64,000 nucleotides of DNA, taken from assembly GCA_002633005.1 (NCBI GenBank), contig NMRA01000183.1, forward strand, positions 225,191 to 289,190. The letters are read 5' to 3'. Position numbers and translations under genes: made by a program. The notes below the pieces were generated by a model. The model saw only the letters and a list, made by a program, of their open reading frames with translations. It ran no database searches and had not been told where the DNA came from. Of this stretch, positions 63,166 to 64,000 are shown piece after piece. The DNA is from Phoronis australis (Eukaryota; Animalia; Phoronida). Numbering within the stretch: position 1 is the first letter of the stretch; each line of letters begins with the position of its first letter.

Positions 63166-64000
63166 CATGTAATTCTGTTGAAACTGTGATACATTAGGCA
63201 AAGAAGATACCGATTAAGTCTTGGTAGAGTTTCGTAGAATCATAGACTATAGTACATGGACCGCCAACTCCGTATACTTTCAATGGACGAAATCTGTGAG
63301 CTTGCGCACAAGCCCTTACGTCATTATTCACTGGCGACACCTGGCTAAATTATCTGGTGTAATTTCCGGCAAGTACGTCGTCTGCTAATCATGGTCGGCT
63401 GCTGTGTGGCTGGTTGTTCGGCTACGCAGGCGAAATGCAGAGGCGTTACAGTCAAGTGACCTAATTATCGGACGTTTTGGCACATTATGCATTATATTTA
63501 ATTGAAAATACTACGGATTGTTGTAAATTCTTTGCTGAAATAAAGATTTACCTTCACGTAATTGTTCTGTTACTATATCTTGTCACTGAAAGCCACATTT
63601 ATGTTCCAACTGATCTTCAAAAAACACAACAACCAAACCTTCGGAGAACCTAAATATCGGACACCATGTTTCTCCATACGCCACACCGCGGAAAACTTAC
63701 TAACCATGTAATGGCCGCGGGCACCTTGTCGCCAAATTTCAGCTCGAGTGTTTTGACATATATGCTGCTAGAACCCAGGTCCATTCGCAACAAAATTATC
63801 CATAAAATGAAATCTCATGACGGCGCCAAGTCGTTTCGATGAATTAGTGCAGACGACTAAAGCACGTGCAAACTCACTGCAGTTTTTAGTATCACTTAGG
63901 CTTCTTGATATGACACCCGCACGTGCGCGGTCGGGGTTTGACTCGAGTTTAAAAACAAACGAAAAAATGGAACAGTGACATATTGTCAGTTCAATGAGAT

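Overview
AT-rich eukaryotic (animal) genomic DNA from a gapped draft assembly. The repeat families suggest a marine invertebrate, but the species cannot be named from the sequence. Three probable host genes are supported: an intronless orphan 351-aa protein with a hydrophobic N-terminus (27750-28805, -), an intronless ANKRD63-like ankyrin-repeat gene with a TATA box and polyA signals (36438-37631, +), and a spliced carnosine-synthase-like ATP-grasp ligase (exons about 50865-58083, +; 5' exon not found). Most of the rest is decayed and nested mobile DNA: Kolobok derivatives (THAP, KolX/P2X7-like remnants, TTAA TSDs), Gypsy and probable BEL pol relics, an L2/Crack-type LINE inside a Helentron-like element, a Harbinger-type element, a CA..TG MITE family with 5-bp TSDs, hairpin MITEs, and micro- and minisatellites. 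A Penelope-type minimal hammerhead ribozyme motif lies antisense just downstream of the ankyrin gene. A 2.4-kb duplication flanking a gap is probably an assembly artefact. There is no CRISPR array, rRNA or intact tRNA. All homology calls come from motifs read by eye; no searches were run. I found several interesting leads but no demonstrably new biological system.
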